Shown here one piece after another: positions 1-12,524 of a stretch of DNA of 64,000 nt. The DNA is from Escherichia coli (GTDB taxonomy: Bacteria > Pseudomonadota > Gammaproteobacteria > Enterobacterales > Enterobacteriaceae). Under the pieces are notes generated by a model. That model was not told the origin of the DNA, ran no database searches, and saw only the letters and a program-made list of their open reading frames with translations. How positions within the stretch are numbered: position 1 is the first letter of the stretch; each line of letters opens with the position of its first letter. The position numbers were made by a program, and so were the translations under genes. The DNA is taken from assembly GCF_003018115.1 (NCBI RefSeq), contig NZ_CP027457.1; one strand, given 5' to 3'.

Positions 1-637
<637 letters not shown>

Positions 638-694
638 CTAGTGGGACAAAAAGATAAAACTCAGGCGGTCGAACGACCGCCTGGAGATGTTCAC

Positions 695-931
695 TTACGC
701 CTGGTGGCCGTTGATGTAATCAATGGCAGCCTGAACGGTGGTGATTTTCTCAGCTTCTTCGTCCGGAATCTCAGTATCAAACTCTTCTTCCAGAGCCATT
801 ACCAGCTCAACGGTGTCAAGAGAATCCGCGCCCAGGTCTTCAACGAAAGAAGCATTGTTGGTAACTTCTTCCTGCTTAACGCCCAGCTGTTCGCCGATAA
901 TTTTCTTAACGCGTTCTTCGATAGTGCTCAT
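695..931 (-). CDS. acpP: acyl carrier protein
   Basis: 78-aa [26 protein letters not shown]...[17 protein letters not shown] with the phosphopantetheine-site DSLD motif. Confidence 0.97.
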
Positions 932-1141
932 ACTCTTAAATTTCCTATCAAAACTCGCTTTCGCGATGGTTTTCGTAGTGTATAAAATGTTGAAAAATTT
1001 GCAACTAAATCCCGGCAGGTCTTACCACGATTTTACGTTATTTTGAGGCCTTACCCCCCAATAACGCAAATCATTTTGCACTAATTATTACTCATAACCA
1101 CGCAGACTGCGCGCAACATGAGCATTTTGTGCAAATCGCGG

Positions 1142-1876
1142 TCAGACCATGTACATCCCGCCGTTCACATGCAAAGTTTCACCCGTGATGTAAGCTGCTT
1201 CGTCGGATGCCAGGAATGCAACCGCGTTGGCGATTTCCTGTGCGCCGCCGAGGCGACCCGCAGGAACCTGCGCCAGGATACCCGCACGCTGGTCATCGCT
1301 CAGCGCACGTGTCATGTCCGTTTCAATAAAGCCCGGAGCAACAACGTTTACAGTAATACCGCGTGACGCAACTTCGCGCGCCAGTGATTTACTGAAGCCG
1401 ATCAAGCCCGCTTTCGCCGCAGCGTAGTTGGCCTGACCGCCATTTCCCATGGTACCAACCACAGAACCGATAGTGATAATACGACCATGACGCTTTTTCA
1501 TCATAGCGCGCATTACCGCTTTTGACAGACGGAAAACAGATGAAAGGTTGGTTTCGATAATATCGTTCCACTCTTCATCTTTCATTCGCATTAACAGGTT
1601 ATCACGAGTGATACCGGCATTATTGACCAGGATATCCACTTCACCAAATTCTGCGCGAATTTTTTCCAGAACAGATTCGATAGATGCCGGGTCGGTCACA
1701 TTCAACATCAGACCTTTGCCGTTAGCACCTAAATAATCACTGATCGCCTGAGCGCCATTTTCACTGGTCGCAGTGCCAATAACTTTCGCGCCACGGGCTG
1801 CGAGCGTTTCAGCAATTGCGCGGCCAATTCCGCGGCTTGCACCGGTTACCAGTGCGATTTTTCCTTCAAAATTCAT
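1142..1876 (-). CDS. fabG: 3-oxoacyl-ACP reductase
   Basis: 244-aa SDR-family ORF (TGASRGIGRAIA Rossmann motif) between fabD and acpP. Confidence 0.95.
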   Translation of the reverse strand: MNFEGKIALVTGASRGIGRAIAETLAARGAKVIGTATSENGAQAISDYLGANGKGLMLNVTDPASIESVLEKIRAEFGEVDILVNNAGITRDNLLMRMKDEEWNDIIETNLSSVFRLSKAVMRAMMKKRHGRIITIGSVVGTMGNGGQANYAAAKAGLIGFSKSLAREVASRGITVNVVAPGFIETDMTRALSDDQRAGILAQVPAGRLGGAQEIANAVAFLASDEAAYITGETLHVNGGMYMV

Positions 1877-1888
1877 GATTTTCCTCTT

Positions 1889-2818
1889 TTAAAGCTCGAG
1901 CGCCGCTGCCATCGCTGAAGGTTCGTTCAGCGCCGAGGCGGTCAGGGTGTCGACAATGCGTTTCGTCAGGCCAGTAAGCACTTTGCCCGGGCCGACTTCA
2001 TAGAGATGTTCTACGCCTTGCGCTGCCATGTACTCAACAGACTTCGTCCACTGAACCGGGTTATACAACTGACGTACCAGTGCGTCACGAATGGCATCAC
2101 CATTGGTTTCGCATTTCACATCAACGTTATTCACAACAGGAACTGTTGGTGCGTTAAAGGTGATTTTCGCTAATTCTACTGCCAGTTTGTCGGCTGCTGG
2201 TTTCATCAGCGCACAGTGAGACGGTACGCTCACTGGTAACGGCAGAGCGCGTTTTGCGCCCGCAGCTTTACAGGCAGCGCCAGCACGCTCAACCGCTTCT
2301 TTATGACCGGCAATAACCACCTGTCCCGGAGAGTTAAAGTTTACCGGAGAAACGACCTGACCTTCTGCAGCTTCTTCACACGCTTTCGCAATAGACGCAT
2401 CATCCAGACCGATGATTGCCGCCATAGCGCCCGTACCTTCCGGTACGGCTTCTTGCATGAACTTGCCGCGCATCTCAACCAGACGCACCGCATCAGCGAA
2501 ATCAATCACACCAGCGCAAACCAGCGCGGAGTATTCCCCCAGGCTGTGACCGGCCATCAATGCCGGTGCTTTACCGCCCTGCTGCTGCCATACGCGGTAC
2601 AGCGCAACAGATGCAGTCAACAGCGCTGGCTGGGTTTGCCAGGTTTTATTCAGTTCTTCAGCTGGCCCCTGCTGGGTCAGCGCCCACAGGTCGTAGCCCA
2701 GCGCCGCAGAAGCTTCAGCAAACGTTTCTTCGACAATTGGATAGCTCGCCGCCATATCAGCCAGCATTCCAACGGTTTGAGAACCCTGTCCAGGGAACAC
2801 AAATGCAAATTGCGTCAT
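1889..2818 (-). CDS. fabD: malonyl-CoA:ACP transacylase
   Basis: 309-aa ORF MTQFAFVFPGQGSQTVGML... with GHSLGEY active-site motif. Confidence 0.95.
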   Translation of the reverse strand: MTQFAFVFPGQGSQTVGMLADMAASYPIVEETFAEASAALGYDLWALTQQGPAEELNKTWQTQPALLTASVALYRVWQQQGGKAPALMAGHSLGEYSALVCAGVIDFADAVRLVEMRGKFMQEAVPEGTGAMAAIIGLDDASIAKACEEAAEGQVVSPVNFNSPGQVVIAGHKEAVERAGAACKAAGAKRALPLPVSVPSHCALMKPAADKLAVELAKITFNAPTVPVVNNVDVKCETNGDAIRDALVRQLYNPVQWTKSVEYMAAQGVEHLYEVGPGKVLTGLTKRIVDTLTASALNEPSAMAAALEL

Positions 2819-2833
2819 GTTTTAATCCTTATC

Positions 2834-3787
2834 CTAGAAACGAACCAGCGCGGAGCCCCAAGTGAACCCACCGCCAAAGGCTTCAAGCAGAACCAACTGC
2901 CCCGGCTTAATGCGCCCGTCGCGTACAGCTTCATCCAGCGCGCACGGGACAGAGGCCGCAGAGGTATTACCGTGGCGATCCAGCGTCACCACGACATTGT
3001 CCATAGACATACCGAGTTTTTTCGCCGTTGCACTGATAATACGCAGGTTAGCCTGATGCGGAACCAGCCAGTCCAGTTGAGAACGGTCAAGATTATTCGC
3101 CGCCAGCGTCTCATCAACGATGTGCGCCAGTTCCGTTACCGCAACCTTGAAGACTTCGTTGCCCGCCATCGTCAGATGAATTGAATTCTCTGGATTCACG
3201 CGGTCGGCGTTTGGCAGCGTCAGCAATTCACCATAACTACCGTCGGCATGCAGATGGGTGGAGATGATTCCCGGCTCTTCAGAGGCAGCCAGCACCGCAG
3301 CGCCCGCACCATCGCCAAAAATAATAATAGTCCCACGATCTGTTGGATCGCAGGTGCGCGCCAGTACATCGGAACCGACGACCAGAGCATACTTCACCGC
3401 CCCAGATTTCACGTATTGATCGGCTACGCTTAATGCATAGGTGAAACCTGCGCAGGCTGCTGCAACGTCAAATGCCGGGCAACCTTTAATGCCCAACATG
3501 CTTTGAATCTGACAAGCTGCGCTCGGGAAAGCGTGCGTAGCAGAAGTCGTTGCCACAACGATCAGGCCAATCTGGTCTTTCTCAATGCCCGCCATCTCAA
3601 TTGCGCGTGTCGCCGCTTCAAAGCCCATGGTTGAAACGGTTTCGTTTGGCGCGGCAATGTGGCGTTCGCGGATACCGGTACGAGTGACAATCCACTCGTC
3701 AGAGGTGTCCACCATTTTTTCCAAATCGGCGTTTGTCCGCACTTGTTCGGGCAGATAGCTGCCAGTACCAATAATCTTCGTATACAT
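2834..3787 (-). CDS. fabH: 3-oxoacyl-ACP synthase III
   Basis: 317-aa [36 protein letters not shown]..., conserved position. Confidence 0.95.
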
Positions 3788-3854
3788 GTACGCTCAGTCA
3801 CTTTTCGGTTATATACCGTCACTTGCAAACTGCGAGTTCGCTGGCAGCGTCCTG

Positions 3855-4925
3855 CTACCGCAGAGTTCCGCTTTTGCCACCGTCCAGCAGCTCAAAACCA
3901 GCTGGGTATACAGATTCCAGGCGAGCGGCAATTCGCTGAGGAACTTGTCGCTGCACCGCCTGCACTGCCTGTTCAATCGCGACCGCAAAAGCTCGCTGAT
4001 TGGCTGCACCATGACTTTTTATCACCGTGCCGCGCAATCCTAACAGACAGGCGCCGTTATACTGGTCGGGGTTGAGGTGACTGAATCGCCTCGTCAGGCT
4101 CTTTTGTAGCCAACGCTTTAATAACAGTAGCCACCACGACCGTTTTTTCCCTTCACCCTGAGATTTCAGCAGAGAAAGGAACATCCTGACAACACCTTCC
4201 ATCGTCTTTAATGTGACATTTCCTGTAAAGCCGTCACAAACCAGCACATCTGTCTTGCCAGTTAACAACTCATTGGCTTCAAGATAGCCGATATAATTGA
4301 TAGAAGGGATTGTTTTAAGCACCGCTGAGGCATCCCGAATACTATCGAGACCCTTTACTTCTTCTTCACCAATATTGAGCAACGCCACGCGAGGATTGGG
4401 AATTTCCACCACCTCTTCAGCCAGGACTGAGCCCATAATGGCAAATTGCACCAACATTGTGCTGTCACAATCGACGTTGGCCCCTAAGTCAAGGACCACC
4501 GTTTTGCCCTTTTGCTGATGTGGTAATACCGTCACCAGCGCCGGACGCTCAATCCCCTCCAGGGGCTTGAGTAATAATTTTGCCAGCCCCATCAGTGCCC
4601 CGGTATTACCGGCACTGACACAGGCTTGCGCTCGACCTTCTTTCACCAGCTCCAGGGCCACGCGCATTGAACTCCCACGACTGGCGCGGATAGCTTGCGA
4701 AGGCCGGGCATCACTGGCGATAACTGACTGCGCAGGAATTATCTGCAGACGCGAACGTTGTTCAAAGTCAGCTTTAGCAAGTAATGGCGTGATGGCGTCG
4801 GGATTGCCGACTAAAAGAAGAGTGAGTTGCGAATTAGAATTCAGTGCCTGCAATGCTGCAGGCACTGTCACGGAAGGGCCAAAATCCCCTCCCATGACAT
4901 CTAACGCCAGGGTTAGACGTGTCAA
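3855..4925 (-). CDS. plsX: phosphate acyltransferase PlsX
   Basis: 356-aa [20 protein letters not shown]..., upstream of fabH. Confidence 0.93.
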
Positions 4926-5005
4926 GGTATCGTCGCCGCCCGGTTTGGTCTTTCCCCAGTTGCCTGGGGAAAATCCTCACTAAGCTTCATCACGCAGACG
5001 CGTGA

Positions 5006-5191
<186 letters not shown>

Positions 5192-5230
5192 TCAATTACG
5201 GTTTATCCCCGATCCAACGGGGAGCACCAA

Positions 5231-5764
<534 letters not shown>

Positions 5765-5950
5765 TTAACTTTGTAACGTCATAGAGTCAAAGAAAAAGGC
5801 AGCCTGTGGTTGCCTTTTGCCAATAATTCGCACACATTGCGGGTTACTGCTTTATTTTCGTTCAGTGCTGATAACGAACATCAACCTGCAAAACGAAGCG
5901 CATAGTTTAAAATGGCTATCATCAATACGCTATATCTGATGGAAAAAAAT

Positions 5951-6535
5951 ATGCCTAAACTTATTTTAGCCTCCACCTCGCCCTGGCGTCGCGCTCTTCT
6001 GGAAAAACTGCAAATCTCTTTTGAATGTGCAGCACCCGAGGTCGACGAAACTCCACACAGCGACGAATCACCGCGACAGTTGGTGCTTCGACTGGCACAA
6101 GAAAAAGCGCAATCTCTGGCGTCACGTTATCCGGATCATTTAATTATTGGTTCAGACCAGGTATGTGTTCTTGATGGCGAAATCACCGGTAAACCGTTAA
6201 CGGAAGAAAATGCCCGTCTGCAATTACGCAAAGCCAGCGGCAATATCGTCACCTTCTATACTGGACTGGCGTTGTTTAATTCGGCGAATGGGCATCTACA
6301 AACAGAAGTGGAGCCTTTTGACGTCCATTTCCGTCACCTGAGCGAGGCGGAGATTGATAATTACGTGCGTAAAGAGCATCCCCTGCACTGCGCGGGTAGC
6401 TTTAAGAGTGAAGGATTTGGCATTACGCTGTTTGAGCGTTTAGAGGGGCGTGATCCTAACACGCTGGTTGGTTTACCGCTAATCGCGCTGTGTCAGATGT
6501 TACGTCGGGAAGGGAAAAACCCGCTGATGGGATAG
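5951..6535 (+). CDS. yceF: Maf-like nucleotide pyrophosphatase YceF
   Basis: ORF 5912-6535; start placed at internal Met ([19 protein letters not shown]...) by known N-terminus. Confidence 0.88.
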   Translation: MPKLILASTSPWRRALLEKLQISFECAAPEVDETPHSDESPRQLVLRLAQEKAQSLASRYPDHLIIGSDQVCVLDGEITGKPLTEENARLQLRKASGNIVTFYTGLALFNSANGHLQTEVEPFDVHFRHLSEAEIDNYVRKEHPLHCAGSFKSEGFGITLFERLEGRDPNTLVGLPLIALCQMLRREGKNPLMG

Positions 6536-6543
6536 TTTTTTGC

Positions 6544-6614
6544 GCCGGATGTGGTTACTTCGCATCCGGCAATCGGTGCTGGCGGCCTGATGCGGCGTAA
6601 ACGCCTTATCAGGC
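6544..6614. repeat. REP/BIME-type palindromic units (GCCGGATG...CATCCGGC hairpin plus GGCCTGATGCGGCGTAAACGCCTTATCAGGCC)
   Basis: Imperfect palindromes with the enterobacterial REP consensus between convergent yceF and rluC. Confidence 0.7.
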
Positions 6615-6646
6615 CAACCGCCCATTATCAGGTTTATATGCTTGTA

Positions 6647-7606
6647 TTAGCGCGCGTTACGCAGCTTTTGCAAACAACGCTTCAAACCATCATCCATCGG
6701 CGCTTCGATACGCATCACCTCACCGGTCCCCGGATGGGTAAACTTCAACGCTGCGGCGTGCAGGAACAGACGATTTAATCCCGTGCCTGCTTCAGTGAGC
6801 TGTCTGTCAAATTCACGGTCACCGTAGCGATCGTCAAAGGCAATCGGATGACCTGCATACTGTGTATGCACACGGATCTGATGAGTACGCCCTGTTACCG
6901 GACTACAACGCACCAGGGTGGCAAATGCATAGCGTTCTTCCACTTTAAAGCGTGTTTCCGACGGTTTGCCTTCCTGACTCACACGCACGATACGTTCGCC
7001 GCTTTGCAGAATATTTTTCAGTAACGGTGCTTGAACGCTCTTCACATGCGACTGCCACTGACCGCGCACCAGCGCCAGGTAATCTTTTTGCATCCCTTTT
7101 TCACGTAATTGCTCATGCAGAGAACGCAACGCCGAGCGTTTTTTCGCTACCAGCAACACACCTGAGGTGTCCCGGTCAAGACGATGAACCAGTTCAAGGA
7201 ACCGCGCTTCCGGGCGCAACGCCCGCAAACCTTCAATAACGCCGAAGCTTAAACCACTGCCGCCATGTACCGCCGTACCGGAAGGTTTATTCAGCACCAG
7301 GATGTGATCATCTTCATATAAGATGACGTCCGCCAGCGCCGCCACCTTTTGCAGATGTGGTGAAACCGCCTCTTCTTCCCGCTCAGCAACGCGAACCGGT
7401 GGGATACGCACCTCATCACCCGCTTCGAGTTTATATTCAGGCTTAATACGTTTTTTGTTCACCCGCACTTCGCCTTTACGCAAAATACGGTAAATCATAC
7501 TTTTTGGTACGCCTTTCAATTGGGTACGCAAAAAGTTATCGATACGTTGCCCCGCTTCGTCAGCGGTGATAGCAACAATTTTTACGGATGGAGTCTCTGT
7601 TTTCAT
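6647..7606 (-). CDS. rluC: 23S rRNA pseudouridine synthase RluC
   Basis: 319-aa ORF with S4 domain and RluA-family HRLDRDTSG motif. Confidence 0.93.
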   Translation of the reverse strand: MKTETPSVKIVAITADEAGQRIDNFLRTQLKGVPKSMIYRILRKGEVRVNKKRIKPEYKLEAGDEVRIPPVRVAEREEEAVSPHLQKVAALADVILYEDDHILVLNKPSGTAVHGGSGLSFGVIEGLRALRPEARFLELVHRLDRDTSGVLLVAKKRSALRSLHEQLREKGMQKDYLALVRGQWQSHVKSVQAPLLKNILQSGERIVRVSQEGKPSETRFKVEERYAFATLVRCSPVTGRTHQIRVHTQYAGHPIAFDDRYGDREFDRQLTEAGTGLNRLFLHAAALKFTHPGTGEVMRIEAPMDDGLKRCLQKLRNAR

Positions 7607-7723
7607 GGTTGGCGATTCTAATTAGCCAACAGGATTCGCGCCACTCATTTTTCTATGCTTATATTTACTTTTGCACCTTATTACTTCACTGCGTGATCAC
7701 TTTATTGATGGTTATTAAACCAA

Positions 7724-8098
7724 TCACCAGCAAGAAGTGAAAAAACTGTGAGTAAGCGGGTGATAAATGGTAAAAGTCATCTTGCTATAACAAGGCTTGC
7801 AGTGGAATAATGAGGCCGTTTCCGTGTCCATCCTTGTTAAAACAAGAAATTTTACGGAATAACCCATTTTGCCCGACCGATCATCCACGCAGCAATGGCG
7901 TAAGACGTATTGATCTTTCAGGCAGTTAGCGGGCTGCGGGTTGCAGTCCTTACCGGTAGATGGAAATATTTCTGGAGAGTAATACCCAGTCTGTTTCTTT
8001 GATAATTGCGCTGTTTTTCCGCATGAAAAACGGGCAACCGACACTCTGCGCCTCTTTGAGCTGACGATAACCGTGAGGTTGGCGACGCGACTAGACAC
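7724..8098 (-). CDS. questionable ORF antisense to the rne leader (position of K-12 yceQ)
   Basis: 124-aa ORF overlapping the rne 5' UTR on the opposite strand; Cys-rich, atypical composition; likely non-coding. Confidence 0.25.
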   Translation of the reverse strand: MSSRVANLTVIVSSKRRRVSVARFSCGKTAQLSKKQTGYYSPEIFPSTGKDCNPQPANCLKDQYVLRHCCVDDRSGKMGYSVKFLVLTRMDTETASLFHCKPCYSKMTFTIYHPLTHSFFTSCW

Positions 8099-8178
8099 GA
8101 GGCCATCGGTTCACACCCGGAAAGGCGTTACTTTGCCCGCAGCTTAGTCGTCAATGTAAGAATAATGAGTAAGTTACG
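7818..8178 (+). promoter_or_regulatory. rne 5' untranslated leader (autoregulatory, RNase E-sensitive)
   Basis: Long non-coding stretch upstream of the rne ATG; ~361-nt leader length assumed from E. coli, boundaries approximate. Confidence 0.6.
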
Positions 8179-11100
8179 ATGAAAAGAATGTTAATCAACG
8201 CAACTCAGCAGGAAGAGTTGCGCGTTGCCCTTGTAGATGGGCAGCGTCTGTATGACCTGGATATCGAAAGTCCAGGGCACGAGCAGAAAAAGGCAAACAT
8301 CTACAAAGGTAAAATCACCCGCATTGAACCGAGTCTGGAAGCTGCTTTTGTTGATTACGGCGCTGAACGTCACGGTTTCCTCCCACTAAAAGAAATTGCC
8401 CGCGAATATTTCCCTGCTAACTACAGTGCTCATGGTCGTCCCAACATTAAAGATGTGTTGCGTGAAGGTCAGGAGGTCATTGTTCAGATCGATAAAGAAG
8501 AGCGCGGCAACAAAGGCGCGGCATTAACCACCTTTATCAGTCTGGCGGGTAGCTATCTGGTTCTGATGCCGAACAACCCGCGCGCGGGTGGCATTTCTCG
8601 CCGTATCGAAGGCGACGACCGTACCGAATTAAAAGAAGCACTGGCGAGCCTTGAACTGCCGGAAGGCATGGGGCTTATCGTGCGCACCGCTGGCGTCGGC
8701 AAATCTGCTGAGGCGCTGCAATGGGATTTAAGCTTCCGTCTGAAACACTGGGAAGCCATCAAAAAAGCCGCTGAAAGCCGCCCGGCCCCGTTCCTGATTC
8801 ATCAGGAGAGCAACGTAATCGTTCGCGCATTCCGCGATTACTTACGTCAGGACATCGGCGAAATCCTTATCGATAACCCGAAAGTGCTCGAACTGGCACG
8901 TCAGCATATCGCTGCATTAGGTCGCCCGGATTTCAGCAGCAAAATCAAACTGTACACCGGCGAGATCCCGCTGTTCAGCCACTACCAGATCGAGTCGCAG
9001 ATTGAGTCCGCCTTCCAGCGTGAAGTCCGTCTGCCATCCGGTGGTTCGATTGTTATCGACAGCACCGAAGCGTTAACGGCCATCGACATCAACTCCGCAC
9101 GCGCGACCCGCGGCGGCGATATAGAAGAAACCGCGTTTAACACCAACCTCGAAGCTGCCGATGAGATTGCTCGTCAGCTGCGCCTGCGTGACCTCGGCGG
9201 CCTGATTGTTATCGACTTCATCGACATGACGCCAGTACGCCACCAGCGTGCGGTAGAAAACCGTCTGCGTGAAGCGGTGCGTCAGGACCGTGCGCGTATT
9301 CAGATCAGTCATATTTCTCGCTTCGGCCTGCTGGAAATGTCCCGTCAGCGCCTGAGCCCATCACTGGGTGAATCCAGCCATCACGTCTGCCCGCGCTGCT
9401 CCGGTACCGGTACCGTGCGTGACAACGAATCGCTGTCGCTCTCTATTCTGCGTCTGATCGAAGAAGAAGCGCTGAAAGAGAACACCCAGGAAGTTCACGC
9501 CATTGTTCCTGTGCCAATCGCTTCTTATCTGCTGAATGAAAAACGTTCTGCGGTGAATGCCATTGAAACGCGTCAGGACGGTGTTCGCTGCGTGATTGTG
9601 CCAAACGATCAGATGGAAACCCCGCACTACCACGTGCTGCGCGTGCGTAAAGGGGAAGAAACGCCGACCTTAAGCTACATGCTGCCGAAGCTGCATGAAG
9701 AAGCGATGGCGCTGCCGTCTGAAGAAGAGTTCGCTGAACGTAAGCGTCCGGAACAACCTGCGCTGGCAACCTTTGCCATGCCGGATGTGCCGCCAGCGCC
9801 AACCCCAGCTGAACCTGCCGCGCCTGTCGTAGCCCCAGCACCTAAATCTGCACCGGCAACACCAGCAGCTCCTGCACAACCAGGGCTGTTGAGCCGCTTC
9901 TTCGGCGCACTGAAAGCGCTGTTCAGCGGTGGTGAAGAAACCAAACCGTCCGAGCAAGCAGCACCGAAAGTAGAAGCGAAACCGGAACGTCAACAGGATC
10001 GTCGCAAGCCTCGTCAGAACAACCGCCGTGACCGTAATGAGCGCCGCGACACCCGTAGTGAACGTACTGAAGGCAGCGATAATCGCGAAGAAAACCGTCG
10101 TAATCGTCGCCAGGCACAGCAGCAGACTGCCGAGACGCGTGAGAGCCGTCAGCAGGCTGAGGTAACGGAAAAAGCGCGTACCGCCGACGAGCAGCAAGCG
10201 CCGCGTCGTGAACGTAGCCGCCGCCGTAACGATGATAAACGTCAGGCGCAACAAGAAGCGAAGGCGCTGAATGTTGAAGAGCAATCTGTTCAGGAAACCG
10301 AACAGGAAGAACGTGTACGTCCGGTTCAGCCGCGTCGTAAACAGCGTCAGCTCAATCAGAAAGTGCGTTACGAGCAAAGCGTAGCCGAAGAAGCGGTAGT
10401 CGCACCGGTGGTTGAAGAAACTGTCGCTGCCGAACCAATTGTTCAGGAAGCGCCAGCTCCACGCACAGAACTGGTGAAAGTCCCGCTGCCAGTCGTAGCG
10501 CAAACTGCACCAGAACAGCAAGAAGAGAACAATGCTGATAACCGTGACAACGGTGGCATGCCGCGTCGTTCTCGCCGCTCGCCTCGTCACCTGCGCGTGA
10601 GTGGTCAGCGTCGTCGTCGCTATCGTGACGAGCGTTATCCAACCCAATCGCCAATGCCGTTGACCGTAGCGTGCGCGTCTCCGGAACTGGCCTCTGGCAA
10701 AGTCTGGATCCGCTATCCGATTGTACGTCCACAAGATGTACAGGTTGAAGAGCAGCGCGAACAGGAAGAAGTACAAGTGCAGCCGATGGTGACTGAGCTC
10801 CCTGTCGCCGCCGCTGTCGAACCGGTTGTTAGCGCGCCAGTTGTTGAAGAAGTGGCTGAAGTCGTAGAAGCCCCCGTTCAGATTGCCGAACCGCAACCGG
10901 AAGTGGTTGAAACGACGCATCCTGAAGTAATTGCCGCCGCGGTAACTGAACAGCCGCAGGTGATTACCGAGTCTGATGTTGCCGTAGCCCAGGAAGTTGC
11001 AGAACACGCAGAACCGGTGGTTGAACCGCAGGAAGAGACGGCAGATATTGAAGAAGTTGCCGAAACTGCTGAGGTTGTGGTTGCTGAACCTGAAGTTGTT

Positions 11101-11364
11101 GCTCAACCTGCCGCGCCAGTCGTCGCTGAAGTCGCAGCAGAAGTTGAAACGGTAGGCGCGGTTGAACCAGAGATCACCGTTGAGCATAACCACGCTACCG
11201 CGCCAATGACGCGCGCTCCGGCCCCGGAATATGTTCCGGAGGCACCGCGTCACAGTGACTGGCAGCGCCCTACTTTTGCCTTCGAAGGTAAAGGTGCCGC
11301 AGGTGGTCATACGGCAACGCATCATGCCTCTGCCGCTCCTGCGCGTCCGCAACCTGTTGAGTAA
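8179..11364 (+). CDS. rne: ribonuclease E
   Basis: 1061-aa [33 protein letters not shown]...; catalytic N-terminal half and Arg/Pro/Glu-rich low-complexity C-terminal scaffold. Confidence 0.97.
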   Translation: MKRMLINATQQEELRVALVDGQRLYDLDIESPGHEQKKANIYKGKITRIEPSLEAAFVDYGAERHGFLPLKEIAREYFPANYSAHGRPNIKDVLREGQEVIVQIDKEERGNKGAALTTFISLAGSYLVLMPNNPRAGGISRRIEGDDRTELKEALASLELPEGMGLIVRTAGVGKSAEALQWDLSFRLKHWEAIKKAAESRPAPFLIHQESNVIVRAFRDYLRQDIGEILIDNPKVLELARQHIAALGRPDFSSKIKLYTGEIPLFSHYQIESQIESAFQREVRLPSGGSIVIDSTEALTAIDINSARATRGGDIEETAFNTNLEAADEIARQLRLRDLGGLIVIDFIDMTPVRHQRAVENRLREAVRQDRARIQISHISRFGLLEMSRQRLSPSLGESSHHVCPRCSGTGTVRDNESLSLSILRLIEEEALKENTQEVHAIVPVPIASYLLNEKRSAVNAIETRQDGVRCVIVPNDQMETPHYHVLRVRKGEETPTLSYMLPKLHEEAMALPSEEEFAERKRPEQPALATFAMPDVPPAPTPAEPAAPVVAPAPKSAPATPAAPAQPGLLSRFFGALKALFSGGEETKPSEQAAPKVEAKPERQQDRRKPRQNNRRDRNERRDTRSERTEGSDNREENRRNRRQAQQQTAETRESRQQAEVTEKARTADEQQAPRRERSRRRNDDKRQAQQEAKALNVEEQSVQETEQEERVRPVQPRRKQRQLNQKVRYEQSVAEEAVVAPVVEETVAAEPIVQEAPAPRTELVKVPLPVVAQTAPEQQEENNADNRDNGGMPRRSRRSPRHLRVSGQRRRRYRDERYPTQSPMPLTVACASPELASGKVWIRYPIVRPQDVQVEEQREQEEVQVQPMVTELPVAAAVEPVVSAPVVEEVAEVVEAPVQIAEPQPEVVETTHPEVIAAAVTEQPQVITESDVAVAQEVAEHAEPVVEPQEETADIEEVAETAEVVVAEPEVVAQPAAPVVAEVAAEVETVGAVEPEITVEHNHATAPMTRAPAPEYVPEAPRHSDWQRPTFAFEGKGAAGGHTATHHASAAPARPQPVE

Positions 11365-11379
11365 TAATTAGCTCAAGTA

Positions 11380-11410
11380 ATCAAGCCCTGGTAACTGCCA
11401 GGGCTTTTTT
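11380..11410 (+). terminator. rho-independent terminator of rne
   Basis: GC stem AGCCCTGG..CCAGGGCT followed by a T-run directly after the rne stop. Confidence 0.7.
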
Positions 11411-11559
11411 ATTTCATGTTTGAATCAACATATTAAAATTCATAAAATGGTATCCTTGCTAACCAACAATGCAAAATAGGCAAAAAAAATGCCCGCCCCG
11501 GCGATCCCAGAGCAGGCAGACAAAACATACCCAGTTTCATGATATGTTTTAAAGCGAGC

Positions 11560-12513
11560 TTATTTGTTGAGCTGGAAGAGCGACAATCCCTGCATATCGG
11601 TAAATGCTTTATACGATGCCTGCAATGCCGTTTGCTGCATGATGTAAGATGAAATAGTTGCATTCCAGTCCACATCAACCAGATCGCTCATCTGCTGCGT
11701 TTGCCCTAAAGCGCGATCGCTACCTAATGAATCCAGCGACTCCAGTTCGTTCAGCTGCGTGCCTAATTCCGCGCGAACGGTCAGGACATTGTTCAGCGAG
11801 TTTTTCAGTCCGCGGTTGGTTTTATCTAACGCCGCAGCGGCGGTTTCTTTATCCGCTTCGCTATCCGCGACCGGCGTTTTCAGGGCTGCGATGGCGCTAT
11901 CCAGCATGGCAAAAAGATTGGTTTCAGAAGCGCTACCGTCTGGCTCCGCAACTGCGTTGCTGGTAATACTGTCGAAAATTTTGTCACCCGTGTGCCCTAT
12001 CACCATCGAACGCGAAGCATCGACCTGTTGCTTAATACTTTCTGCTCCACCGACGTATTTCCCTTTCTCTTCGCTAAACGGCGCAGTCTCTGTTTTATAA
12101 CCGGCAAAAATGTAGCGCCCATTACCGTCAGTGGTGTTCGCCAGATTCAGCAACTGGTCACGAAGCCCCTGAATATCCGTAGCCAGCGAGGCCCGGTCAT
12201 CGTCACTCAAGGTGCCATTGCTGGCGTAGACAATTTTTTCCTGAGCATTCTGGATAGCGGTGGTGACCTGGCTAAGTACACTCTCTTCCAGTGACACTTT
12301 TTGAGTGGCGAAAGTACGCGCCAGCGTGTACTGGCTGTTTTGCGCCTGTGCCTGGGAGAGAACAACAGCTTGTGATGCAGCAATGGGATCATCTGAAGGG
12401 TTAACGACTCGCTTACCCGTCGACATCTGTTCGCCGTACTTCATCCATTCTGCCTGAGAATTGGTGATGCCGCGCATGTTTTGCTGGTACATCATCTGGG
12501 TACTGAAACGCAT
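11560..12513 (-). CDS. flgL: flagellar hook-associated protein 3
   Basis: 317-aa ORF with flagellin-like N/C termini, last gene of the flg cluster. Confidence 0.93.
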   Translation of the reverse strand: MRFSTQMMYQQNMRGITNSQAEWMKYGEQMSTGKRVVNPSDDPIAASQAVVLSQAQAQNSQYTLARTFATQKVSLEESVLSQVTTAIQNAQEKIVYASNGTLSDDDRASLATDIQGLRDQLLNLANTTDGNGRYIFAGYKTETAPFSEEKGKYVGGAESIKQQVDASRSMVIGHTGDKIFDSITSNAVAEPDGSASETNLFAMLDSAIAALKTPVADSEADKETAAAALDKTNRGLKNSLNNVLTVRAELGTQLNELESLDSLGSDRALGQTQQMSDLVDVDWNATISSYIMQQTALQASYKAFTDMQGLSLFQLNK

Positions 12514-12524
12514 TTTATCTCCCC

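Noticed and set aside
2303-3184. 293-aa plus-strand ORF
   Set aside because: Antisense to fabD/fabH, whose translations match known proteins; Arg-rich nonsense-like composition.
9670-11352. 560-aa minus-strand ORF
   Set aside because: Entirely antisense to the well-supported rne coding sequence; an artefact of the repetitive, GC-rich scaffold region with an implausible Cys/Phe/Arg-rich translation.
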